IMG/VR virus record: IMGVR_UViG_3300044653_000098
Span: 32,001 to 96,000 of that record
Strand: one strand, 5' to 3'
DNA length: 64,000 bases
Origin: a virus
The position numbers were made by a program, and so were the translations under genes. Position 1 is the first letter of the stretch. The number at the start of each line of letters is the position of its first letter. Positions 1 to 9,118 of this stretch are shown one piece after another. The notes beneath the pieces are model-generated. The model did no database searches. It was not told where the DNA came from and was given only the letters and a program-made list of their open reading frames with translations.

Positions 1-464
1 AGAAGGTCTGGAAAGAGCTGTACGGCCCGGGTGGCTCGCTCGTTACACACACGGTTACCGGGCCGCCTACGCCCGGACCCGGCACGCCCCCGCCTTCGGC
101 CTACGTCCCCGCAGCCAACTACACCTCAGCGATCCTGGCGTACGCCGGCCAGGGAGGCCCGGCCATCCCGCAGTACGCAGCTGGCGGCTCGGTCGGCGGC
201 CTCGCCTCGATGTTCGGCGGGTTCCAGGCCGGCGGCAGCGTGCCGGACTTCTCCGACTTCACCCCGGCGTTCCAGCAGCCAGGCATGCAGCAGGCCCCGC
301 GCGCCCTGAGTGAGGCAGCGCAGGCGAGCGGCGCCGGCCAGAGCATCGGGATGCAGGTCAACGGCGGCATCAACGTGCACAACCCGCTGCCCGAGCGCGC
401 TAGCGACTCGATAGCCCACCAGGTCAACCGCCTGTCGTTCCTGCACGGAAGGGGCGTTGCGTAA
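1..464 (+). CDS. Tape measure protein, C-terminal end (partial, starts before window)
   Basis: The frame of ORF 210..464 is open from base 3 (KVWKELYG...). YAAGG/FQAGG motifs are typical of actinophage TMP C-termini. The stop overlaps the start of the next tail gene. Confidence 0.7.
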   Translation, partial: KVWKELYGPGGSLVTHTVTGPPTPGPGTPPPSAYVPAANYTSAILAYAGQGGPAIPQYAAGGSVGGLASMFGGFQAGGSVPDFSDFTPAFQQPGMQQAPRALSEAAQASGAGQSIGMQVNGGINVHNPLPERASDSIAHQVNRLSFLHGRGVA

Positions 465-1354
465 TGGCGCTCACCGGCAACACCAACTTCCCGGCAGATG
501 AATACTGGAGCTGGTCTCCGGTCTATGGGCAGTATGCCGGGGACGCTGTCAGCCTCCAGATGCAGCACTGGAACATCGCTGTGTTCGGCGGCAGCCGGTT
601 CAGTCTGCCGACGCTGCGCGGCCAGGACATCGAGCAGCCCTACCGCTCGGGCCTGCAGTGGCGTCCCAAGTACCCGAACAGCCGCACGGTCACGCTCGGG
701 ATGTGGACCGCGGGCATCAACCAGACCACCGGGGTGCCGGACACAGCTGACCAGAGACTGACCTTCAACAACAACCTCCAGCAGCTGCGTGCGATGTTCT
801 TTCAGCGTGGCCCGTCCGGCAGCGCGCAGGGCCAGCTGACCCGGCGGTGGTGGCTGACGCAGGGCGGCCTCAAGCAGATCGTCACCGCTACGGCCATGGC
901 CGAGGTCGCCGGGACGATGGAGCCGACCAACATGGGCCGCACCAGTGCGAGCTTCAGCGTCGACCTGCTGCTGTCAGATCCGTACTTCTACGGGGCCGAG
1001 CGGGAGATCGCCGTCACCACCAGCGGCGCCTCGATCTTCGGCTACGGCGAGGGTGTGGTCGGTGAGGGCTACCCGAGCGCGGTGAATGCCTTCACGATTC
1101 AGCTCACCACGGGCCCGGTCACGGTCACCAACAGCACCGCCGGGGTCTCGGTCACCTACGGGGCTGCCATCGCCAACTCCCCGGTCACCCTGGACATCCT
1201 CAACAACACAGCCATAGACGATGCGGGCAACAACGTGATCGCCAACGTCACCCACGCCGGAGCGCGGCCGTGGATGACGATCGTGCCTGGCTCGAACGTC
1301 ATCGCCGTGTCCGATGGGACCGCCACCTTCACCTTCTCCGACGCCTACGTATAG
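464..1354 (+). CDS. Distal tail (Dit-like) minor tail protein
   Basis: 296 aa directly after TMP; SRTVTLG, FSVDLLLSDPYFYG and IVPGSNVIAV resemble Dit-family motifs. Confidence 0.7.
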   Translation: MALTGNTNFPADEYWSWSPVYGQYAGDAVSLQMQHWNIAVFGGSRFSLPTLRGQDIEQPYRSGLQWRPKYPNSRTVTLGMWTAGINQTTGVPDTADQRLTFNNNLQQLRAMFFQRGPSGSAQGQLTRRWWLTQGGLKQIVTATAMAEVAGTMEPTNMGRTSASFSVDLLLSDPYFYGAEREIAVTTSGASIFGYGEGVVGEGYPSAVNAFTIQLTTGPVTVTNSTAGVSVTYGAAIANSPVTLDILNNTAIDDAGNNVIANVTHAGARPWMTIVPGSNVIAVSDGTATFTFSDAYV

Positions 1355-1387
1355 AGGTACTCAGATGCCCAAGAACGTGGCCAGCTG

Positions 1388-2299
1388 ATGGCCAGCCGCT
1401 ACTACTCCTCGGTCGCTGTGCCCGGCAATCTCGGGGCCTCGATCTCCAACAGCGCGACCAGCCTCTACATGTCCACCACCCCGTCGGGCTACCCGGGGCA
1501 GTTCCCGTTCACGCTGTGCCTGGACGGCGGCACCTCCGGCATGGAGCTGGTCTCGGTCACGGCCGGGTCCGGCACGGCAGGCACTCCGTGGACCTGCACC
1601 CGCGGCTTTGACGGCACCACCGCCTCGGCTCATACCGGGGGGACCGGCACGGTCTCGCACGACTTCAGCGCCTACGACCTGACCACCAGCCGCAGCCACG
1701 AGGCGAGCGGGTCCGGCTCGGGTGTGCACGGCCTGCCGGCCAGCGCCTGGTCCACCGCGGCGAACGCCGTGATCAACGAGACGGTGCTGAACAACTCGAC
1801 CACCGCGGTGCAGACCTGGAGCGGGATCCCCGGCACCTACAACCACCTGATGGTGATCGTGCTCGGCCGGCTGACGGAGACCTCCGAGCAGACCGACTAC
1901 ATCACCCTGCAGATCAACGGGGACACCGGGGCGAACTACTCCTCCTGCCAGATCGAGACCAACAACGTCGGCGGCACGCTCAACAGCCCGAACTCGGTTG
2001 CCTCTTACGGGCAGACGTCCTTCTCGATCGGAAGGATCACCGCGAGTGGCGGGGGTGGCGCCGCCAACGCCGGGGCCCTGGTCGCTTACATCCCCTGGTA
2101 CACCAGCACCTCCTTCAACAAGGTGGTGCAGTCCCAGAGCGGTGGTGGCAACGGCACCAGCGCGCTTGTGGACTGCCGGATGTTCTGGGGCTTCTACAAC
2201 CCCACGGTCCAGGCTGCCATCACGTCTCTGTCCATCTCCGCGCCGAGCGGGAGCGATTTCAAGACGGGCACCAGCTTCGCCCTGCTGGGGGTGAGCTAG
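1388..2299 (+). CDS. Minor tail protein
   Basis: 303 aa, S/T/G-rich; ELVSVT...TRGFDGTTASAH N-terminal module and a C-terminal AITSLSISA...GTSFALLG beta domain; tail context. Confidence 0.65.
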   Translation: MASRYYSSVAVPGNLGASISNSATSLYMSTTPSGYPGQFPFTLCLDGGTSGMELVSVTAGSGTAGTPWTCTRGFDGTTASAHTGGTGTVSHDFSAYDLTTSRSHEASGSGSGVHGLPASAWSTAANAVINETVLNNSTTAVQTWSGIPGTYNHLMVIVLGRLTETSEQTDYITLQINGDTGANYSSCQIETNNVGGTLNSPNSVASYGQTSFSIGRITASGGGGAANAGALVAYIPWYTSTSFNKVVQSQSGGGNGTSALVDCRMFWGFYNPTVQAAITSLSISAPSGSDFKTGTSFALLGVS

Positions 2300-2536
2300 G
2301 TGTCGGTCGAGCACATCGTGGACTGCGGTGCGCAGCTCACCAACCACAGTGCGGTAGATGAAGACCTCTCCCCCGGGCGCCGGGCGGAGTTCGCCGTGCC
2401 CCCGGAGCTGACCTTCGGGCACATCAGGGAGCGCGACCGCCGCCAGCGCGAGGCGCTGGACCGGCTGCAGCTGGCGGCGGTCACCGACGAGCATCTCCGC
2501 GACATCCTCATTGTGCTGGGGGTGGAGGACCAGTGA
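2300..2536 (+). CDS. Small tail-associated hypothetical protein
   Basis: 78 aa, abuts previous stop. Confidence 0.45.
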   Translation: MSVEHIVDCGAQLTNHSAVDEDLSPGRRAEFAVPPELTFGHIRERDRRQREALDRLQLAAVTDEHLRDILIVLGVEDQ

Positions 2537-2712
2537 GCGAGCCCACCGTGATCACCGCCGAGACGGAAGAGATCACTTTGTCGGAGGGAGTGGAGATCGT
2601 CCAGCTGGTCCGCCCCGGCCGCCCGTATCCGGCTGCCCCGTTCCCCGGCCCCGGCGGCAGGGTCTCGGCCGCTGTCCCGGACCGCGGGCAGGGCTCGCGC
2701 CCGCGGCGGTAG
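2533..2712 (+). CDS. Small hypothetical protein (59 aa, MSEPTVITAETEEITL...)
   Basis: Not in the ORF track; GGAGGA upstream, GTGA overlap with the previous stop, fills the gap to the next gene. Confidence 0.4.
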   Translation: MSEPTVITAETEEITLSEGVEIVQLVRPGRPYPAAPFPGPGGRVSAAVPDRGQGSRPRR

Positions 2713-2715
2713 CTC

Positions 2716-5700
2716 ATGGCCACAGGAATAGGCACCACCACCCCGAGCATCCCCGAGCTGATCCCGGCTCCGGTCCAGACCTCCCAGCCGGGCCCGGGCG
2801 AGCCTGGCGGTCCCGGCGGCCCGGGGGGTTCCGCAGCCCCCGGCCTGGGCTCCGGTTACGAGATAGCTATTCGTGCGGCCCCGGACTACAGCACGCTCAT
2901 GGCGGTGCTGCCGAGATACGAGTCGCTTCAGTTCACCAAGATGCTGAACGACAAGGGCTCTGGCTCTGCGGTGTCCAACCTGGACGACGAGTGGTTCGAG
3001 ACCGCCACGCTCGCGCTCCCCGCCCCGACCGCCCCGGTGGTCATCGCCCAGGGCAGCTCCGACGCGACGGCGGACGTGTTCACCGCTGACGTCCAGACCT
3101 CCGCGGTGCAGGGCAGCGCGGTCACGGTCGTGTCCAGCGCGAGCGGGACAAACACCCCCATCACCTGCCAGGACACCGAAGGCAACATCTATCTCAACAC
3201 CCTGGCCCGGCTGCTGTCGTCCAACCCCTACTTCGAGCAGGCCGGCGCCGGGTCGGCGGCCAGCTGGAGCGGCTTCAACTGCACGCTCACCTCCCAGGCG
3301 CTGACCGGCTTGCCGGTGCCTTACGGAGCCCTGCTGACGGTGACCACGGCAGGGTGCGCGTGCGAAGGCAGCCCGGCCAAGTTCACGATCACGCCGGGCG
3401 CTTCCTACCTCGTCACCGCGCTGGTCTGGCTGCCCGCCGCGGGCACCGTCGTCCTCGGGGCCGACTGGGATACCAGCCTCGGGGTCTACGTCTCGACCAG
3501 CACTAACAACATCTCCGTGGAGGCGGAGACCTGGACAGCGATCGGGACGGTGATCACCGCCCCGGGCAGCGGCGTGGGCAAGGCGTACCCGCGGCTCGGC
3601 TACTCCACCAGCGTGGCGGCCGGGGGCACCATGCAGCTCACCGCGCTGGCGATGCAGCCCGCGGCCAGCATGCAGGTCTTCCAGGCTCTGAACATCACCG
3701 TGCTCACCCTGAATGATGCCATCAGCGTCACCTACGCGGCTGACGTCGCTCAGCAGACCAACCTCATTGCGGTGAACATGGCCGGGATCCAGCCGCAGAG
3801 CGCGGTCGACGTCGCTGTGGGTGCCTCCGGCACCTCTGCGCACGCCACTGCCACGGGCACCCCGTCCGAGTTCGGCGAGCTGGGCCTGTTCTTCGTCAAC
3901 AACGCTGCGGCCGGAGGCTCTCCTTCGGTGCCCGCGAACTGGAGCAGGCTGACGCAGCTGGCCGGGACTGGCCGGGGCGAGGCCCAGCGGCTGATGATCG
4001 GGCTCTACAACTACCCGCCCAGCGCCTTCTGGACAGCAGCAATTGATGCAGCGCCCACGACCGCCATCATCATTGCCAATGTGGACAGCGGCCCGGGCGC
4101 TGGCCAGGAGTCGAACTTCCTGGCTGTCTACCAGGAGGCAGCGGCCGCGGGCATCACCCTGGCCGGCTATGTGTCCACGAACTACGGCGCGGTCAGCCAG
4201 ACGGCCCTGCAGAACCAGATCCAGCAGTGGAATGATTATTACGGAATCACCAGCATATTCTTTGATACAGTCAACCCGGCTGCGGATTACGTCGACTACT
4301 ACCAGGAAGCTGTGCAGTATGTGCACGCGCAGCCGGGCGGCGCTGAGGCGATAGTTATTCTCAACCCGGGGTCTCCGCCAACGCAGGCGCTGTTCGGGGT
4401 GATTGGCGAGAACGACATCATTCAGGTCTGCGAAGATAGCTATGCCAACTTCGCCGGGGATGGAGCGCTCGCTCCCGCGTGGCTATTTGATGAAAGTTCC
4501 GCGAACATAGCGATCACCGTCAACCAGTGCCCGAACAGCACGGATATGACCACTGCGCTGGGGATCGCTGCCAGCGACTTCAATGCGGGGTACGTGTGGA
4601 TCACCGCTGATGCAATCTACAACGCCGAGCCCAGCTACTTCGCCGCGGAGGTCTCCGCGCTCGCGGGCACCGGCACGACCGAGCAGTACACCACGGTCTA
4701 CTACTCCGAGCTGACCAGCGATGCTGCGCAGTCTCCCTCGGCCACCATCACCAGTGCTGCCTGGCAGGCGCAGCTGCTCACCCTGGAGGGCACCGGCACC
4801 GCGCCGGCCTCCACGCTGTGGGACAACGAGCACCTGTGGCAGGTCTTGCTCGACGGCATTGTCGTCTTCGAGTTCTTTGCCGAAACGATAACCGAGCAGC
4901 AGGTCGACCAGAGCGAGCAGAGAAACGTCACCACCACCGGCCCCGGAACGATAACCGCATTGTCGTGGGCGGCTGCGATGCCTCCCGGATTTCCCAACAT
5001 CATTTTCAAGTGCGATGCAATCCAGGACGGCTTCGCAGAAATTGATGAGAATGGGAACCTGGAGGTCGACACCAGCCTGTGGAACATCATCAGCCCGACC
5101 GACATGGTCACGCTGAACCCGTCCGGCACGCTGCAGCTCACCGCCTCGCAAGATACAACCTATTGCGGTGCCACTCCCTACGACCTGACCGAGTCGCTGA
5201 TCTCTGCGCAGATAGCACCGCTCGGCCAGGGCACGGAGAACAGCACCGACATCACCGTGGCGCTCGACGGCTCCCAGGTCACGCAGTTCTATATCCAGAG
5301 CAACGCCAGCGCAGGCGACTATATTTTGATGGGAGTCACCGCGGCGGGCATCTACTGCCAGCTCGGGGACACCGAGTCCGGCACCCAGACCAAGGAACTC
5401 GGCGCCTACAACTCCCAGACCCAGCTGTACTGGCAGATGAGTGCCGACTACCTGGATGCTGACTCCGGCGCGGTGCAGGTCACCTTCTGGACCTCCGCAG
5501 ATGGGCAGACGTACACCCCGGTGTGGGTGGTGAACCCGAGCTGGGTGCCCGACAACGTCACGGTGTTCTTCGCCTGTTCTTACGATCAGAACAACAGCCA
5601 GGTGATGAGCATCACCAATGTGAACGGCAACGTCGTCACGCCGAGCAGCAGCGGCAACATCTACTTCGGTGAGCCGATCATGGCTGTCTGGGATGCGATC

Positions 5701-8361
5701 TTCACCGCGGCGCAGGGCCGGGGCACCATCCCGTTCGTCACCACCGCGCTGGACGGGGCGACCGACAGCTTCGGCAACCCCTGGACCGACAGCGAGAGTG
5801 TGCAGATCGAGAACGGCACCGACCTGTACTCGCTGCTGCAGTCCCACACCGCGATTGTCGACGCCGACTACCTCATGCAGCCCGGCTTTGTGCTGCAGGT
5901 GGGCCTGCCGGTGGAGGGCTCGATCACCCTCGGTGTCGACCGCAGCGAGCAGGTGGTATTCCGCGAGGGGCAGTGGATTCAGCAGAAGCAGTACACCCGC
6001 GACCGCAGCCAGATCGCCAACCTCGATGGCGGGGTCAACAGCGACGGCACCACGGTCAGCGCCTCGGACGAGGACTCCATCCTGGAGTGGGGGCAGCGCG
6101 AGGGGTGGGTGCAGACCGCGGTCCAGGTCAACCCGCAGTCCATGGAGATCGCTGTCCAGGCGAGCGTGCAGCAGACCGCGGATGAGGTGGAGAGCTACAC
6201 CATCCAGGTCGACCCGGCCCAGCCCGGCTGCAGTGCGTGGAAGGACTACAACGTCGGGGACTGGATCGGCCTGGAAGCTCCGGGGCCCGAGCCCGGCGGC
6301 CCGGACTTCAGCGCGAACTTTGTCTCGGCCGTCCGCGTCACCGCGATTGCCATCTCGGTCGACGCCACCGGCCTGGTTACCTGCCAGCTCACCCTCATGA
6401 CCTACCTGCAGTGGCTCCAGGAGCAGCTGCAGTACCTGGTGAACAAGATGGGCGGGCAGTTCATCAACTCGCTCGGCACCACCCCGGTCACCAGCTCGGC
6501 CAACGGCGTGCCGACGCAGCTGCCGACGATCTTCGCCCCGAATATCAACGGGCTCAACGGCGCCAATGTGCTCGGCACCACGGGCATCCCGAACGGGGCG
6601 CAGCTGGTCTACAACGCCATCACCGGGCAGTGGCAGGCCGCGTCCAGCCAGGACCCGGTCACCGGGTCCACGCTCAGCCCGACCGGCGCGAACCTGTCGA
6701 CGCTGCAGTACAGCACGCCGCAGGCGAGTCAGGGCAACCTGATCGCCTCGATCAGCAACGCCGGCGGCACCGACCCGACCGGCAACGCGTATCTGCCTGG
6801 CGTGGTGAGCTACGGCTCGACGGAGAGCCAGACCATCCAGCTCTACATGGGGCAGGTGGCGATCGGGCAGGCGCCGGGAACCCAGATCGTGCTCAACCCC
6901 GATGCTAACCAGGTCTTCAACATCACCACGGCGATTGCCGGGACGTTGCAGGCCATCGCTGAGTTCACCACCAACGACACGAACGAGGTGCTGCCGGGCG
7001 TCGCGGGCTCGCTGGTGCTCAACCCGGGCGCGTCCCAGAAGATGGCTACTGCGCTGACCAGCCCGCTGAACGGCAACTCCGCGGCCGCCGTGGTGCTGGA
7101 GACCGAGAACGATGCTGGCACCGACACCCCGGTGATCACCTTCGGTCAGGTCACCACCCCGGACGACTCGACGTTCGTTTTCACCCCGACCGCCACGCTC
7201 ACCCCGTGGGCGTTCCTGCTCTACGGCGGCGAGGGCGGCACGGTCGTGGAGACGATTGACGGGGCTGCCTCCGGCAACTGGCCGGTCCCCGGCACAGTGT
7301 CGCAGGTCAAGGCCGAGGTCTGGGGCCCTGCCGCTGGCGGTGGCGGGTCGAACCACAGCTTCTGGACCGTCCAGGCCGGAGGCGGCTCGGGCGGTGGTGC
7401 TTACTCGTGCGAGCCGGCCCTGGCCGTCACCCCGTTGGGCACCTGCCCGTATGTGCTGCCCGCAGGCGGGGCCGGGGGCGTCGGGTCGACTGGCTCGCCG
7501 GGCCAGCCCGCGGCCGCCACGTTCCAGGGCTTCGCAGTTACGGTCACTGCGGATGCCGGGCTGGTCGGTGCGGGCAGCGCCTCGCCGGGCAATGGGCAGG
7601 GTGGTCTCGGAGGTGCCGCCTCCGGCAACACGATCAGCTACCCCGGCGGAAACGGGGCCGACGGCGGATACAACGATGGCGGCGGTGGTGGCGGCGCTGC
7701 TGGTACAGGTGGCCCGGGCGGTGGCGGAGCGGTCAATGGCGGCGGGTCTCCGGGTACTGGCGGAGGCAAGGGCGGGAACGGCGGTGTCAGCGGCGGCCCG
7801 GGAAACGGGGGCAGCGGCAGTGCGCCTGGTGGTGGTGCCGGAGGCGCGGCCGGGACGTCCGCGAGCGGTACGACGACCGGAGGCAACGGCGCGGCCGCCC
7901 GGGCCCGGATCACCTACACCACCGGGGCCCCGGACATCATGGCCAGCTTCGCGGTCGCTGCGGGCACCGACCAGTTCGGCAACACCTACCCAGCCGGGAC
8001 AGTGCTGGCCGGGGCCGACACGGGCTGGACCTACGTCGGAACTGGCGGGGCCCCGGCGTTCGGCTCGGGCTGGAGCAATACCGGAAGCAGCAACGCCCCG
8101 ATGGCGTACAAGAACATCGGGCAGAACACGGTGCTGGTCATCGGGGTGGTTAACAACGGAACTGCTAGCAACACCACCCAGATTTTTACCCTGCCTACTG
8201 CCTACCGCCCCCTGACTCAGCAAGCGTTCCCGACAATCGAGATAACCAACGTCTACGGTAACTCTGTGGTCGTCCAGACCAACGGTGAGGTGAAGATGTA
8301 TAGTGCTGCGGGTGCTGGCACCTACTTCATAGGATTCACCTACAGCCTGGATATCACCTAG
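2716..8361 (+). CDS. Large minor tail / central fibre protein with CBM-like and spherulin-4 (GH135)-like insertions and a Gly-rich C-terminal region
   Basis: 1,881 aa; Tal-like segments (YNVGDWIG, VRVTAIAISVD); IIIANVDSGPG/GYVSTNYG/SIFFDT/VILNPG spherulin-4-like motifs; poly-Gly tract. Confidence 0.75.
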   Translation: MATGIGTTTPSIPELIPAPVQTSQPGPGEPGGPGGPGGSAAPGLGSGYEIAIRAAPDYSTLMAVLPRYESLQFTKMLNDKGSGSAVSNLDDEWFETATLALPAPTAPVVIAQGSSDATADVFTADVQTSAVQGSAVTVVSSASGTNTPITCQDTEGNIYLNTLARLLSSNPYFEQAGAGSAASWSGFNCTLTSQALTGLPVPYGALLTVTTAGCACEGSPAKFTITPGASYLVTALVWLPAAGTVVLGADWDTSLGVYVSTSTNNISVEAETWTAIGTVITAPGSGVGKAYPRLGYSTSVAAGGTMQLTALAMQPAASMQVFQALNITVLTLNDAISVTYAADVAQQTNLIAVNMAGIQPQSAVDVAVGASGTSAHATATGTPSEFGELGLFFVNNAAAGGSPSVPANWSRLTQLAGTGRGEAQRLMIGLYNYPPSAFWTAAIDAAPTTAIIIANVDSGPGAGQESNFLAVYQEAAAAGITLAGYVSTNYGAVSQTALQNQIQQWNDYYGITSIFFDTVNPAADYVDYYQEAVQYVHAQPGGAEAIVILNPGSPPTQALFGVIGENDIIQVCEDSYANFAGDGALAPAWLFDESSANIAITVNQCPNSTDMTTALGIAASDFNAGYVWITADAIYNAEPSYFAAEVSALAGTGTTEQYTTVYYSELTSDAAQSPSATITSAAWQAQLLTLEGTGTAPASTLWDNEHLWQVLLDGIVVFEFFAETITEQQVDQSEQRNVTTTGPGTITALSWAAAMPPGFPNIIFKCDAIQDGFAEIDENGNLEVDTSLWNIISPTDMVTLNPSGTLQLTASQDTTYCGATPYDLTESLISAQIAPLGQGTENSTDITVALDGSQVTQFYIQSNASAGDYILMGVTAAGIYCQLGDTESGTQTKELGAYNSQTQLYWQMSADYLDADSGAVQVTFWTSADGQTYTPVWVVNPSWVPDNVTVFFACSYDQNNSQVMSITNVNGNVVTPSSSGNIYFGEPIMAVWDAIFTAAQGRGTIPFVTTALDGATDSFGNPWTDSESVQIENGTDLYSLLQSHTAIVDADYLMQPGFVLQVGLPVEGSITLGVDRSEQVVFREGQWIQQKQYTRDRSQIANLDGGVNSDGTTVSASDEDSILEWGQREGWVQTAVQVNPQSMEIAVQASVQQTADEVESYTIQVDPAQPGCSAWKDYNVGDWIGLEAPGPEPGGPDFSANFVSAVRVTAIAISVDATGLVTCQLTLMTYLQWLQEQLQYLVNKMGGQFINSLGTTPVTSSANGVPTQLPTIFAPNINGLNGANVLGTTGIPNGAQLVYNAITGQWQAASSQDPVTGSTLSPTGANLSTLQYSTPQASQGNLIASISNAGGTDPTGNAYLPGVVSYGSTESQTIQLYMGQVAIGQAPGTQIVLNPDANQVFNITTAIAGTLQAIAEFTTNDTNEVLPGVAGSLVLNPGASQKMATALTSPLNGNSAAAVVLETENDAGTDTPVITFGQVTTPDDSTFVFTPTATLTPWAFLLYGGEGGTVVETIDGAASGNWPVPGTVSQVKAEVWGPAAGGGGSNHSFWTVQAGGGSGGGAYSCEPALAVTPLGTCPYVLPAGGAGGVGSTGSPGQPAAATFQGFAVTVTADAGLVGAGSASPGNGQGGLGGAASGNTISYPGGNGADGGYNDGGGGGGAAGTGGPGGGGAVNGGGSPGTGGGKGGNGGVSGGPGNGGSGSAPGGGAGGAAGTSASGTTTGGNGAAARARITYTTGAPDIMASFAVAAGTDQFGNTYPAGTVLAGADTGWTYVGTGGAPAFGSGWSNTGSSNAPMAYKNIGQNTVLVIGVVNNGTASNTTQIFTLPTAYRPLTQQAFPTIEITNVYGNSVVVQTNGEVKMYSAAGAGTYFIGFTYSLDIT

Positions 8362-8375
8362 CAGAGAGTGAAGCG

Positions 8376-8666
8376 ATGCCTCTTACAAGTGATTCAAACC
8401 TGCAGATCAGCATCCAGAATGTCCAGTATCAGTTCTTCACGCCAGATGGTCCTAGTGGTTTGGTTATTACTCTGCCGTTTCCTGAGGAGGCTACCGACAC
8501 CACCTACTGGGACAGCTTGGCTTACACGATCGCTGACGCACTCAATGGGGTAGAGAGCTGGGGCGGCTTGCAAGACTTCATAGTCAAGAACTTCGGCGGG
8601 AGTGATGTCGATAACGCACTGGGCGGGAATGGCTTCAGTGATCCGAATCTTCCCTACCCGGAGTGA
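8376..8666 (+). CDS. Hypothetical protein (lower GC)
   Basis: 96 aa acidic ORF following the large tail gene. Confidence 0.5.
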   Translation: MPLTSDSNLQISIQNVQYQFFTPDGPSGLVITLPFPEEATDTTYWDSLAYTIADALNGVESWGGLQDFIVKNFGGSDVDNALGGNGFSDPNLPYPE

Positions 8667-8680
8667 CGGGTATATAGATC

Positions 8681-9112
8681 ATGCCGGTAACCGACAGCGG
8701 ATCGGCCGTGTTCGGCCAGATGCTTGCCCGCGGCTCGCGGATCGGCCTTGGCGTGGGGGCCGGGGAGAACCCGGAGGACCGCGGCGCGGCCGCGCTGGGC
8801 GGGGACGGCAGCCCGCACTCCGCGTGGTACCGGCCCGCCGACACCGGCTTCCCGCAGCTTCAGGCTGATGGAACCATGATGCTGCGCGTCAGCTTCGACC
8901 CGGACGAGGCCAACTTCCTGTGGCGGGAGTACTGCATCTTCGTCACCACCGGGAAGATGACTCCGCACCACACCCTGGCCGAGGTGGCCAGCGGTGCGGT
9001 CATGCTCAGCCGCCGGTCGCCTGCGGCGCCGCTGCACGGCGAGGCCAAGACCCGGGAGAGCTGGCGGACGTGGGTGCTGCAGGTGCCCGTAAGGTTCACC
9101 GCACCCGATTAA
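8681..9112 (+). CDS. Tail-associated hypothetical protein
   Basis: 143 aa; EANFLWREY motif reminiscent of tail-fibre N-terminal/baseplate modules. Confidence 0.5.
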   Translation: MPVTDSGSAVFGQMLARGSRIGLGVGAGENPEDRGAAALGGDGSPHSAWYRPADTGFPQLQADGTMMLRVSFDPDEANFLWREYCIFVTTGKMTPHHTLAEVASGAVMLSRRSPAAPLHGEAKTRESWRTWVLQVPVRFTAPD

Positions 9113-9118
9113 TCCCGT

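Noticed and set aside
2296-8223. Long minus-strand ORFs (2296..4326, 4483..8223); likewise 8654..10186, 37131..39002, 46099..47610, 60876..62294
   Set aside because: Antisense shadows of well-supported genes, expected in high-GC DNA; no motifs.
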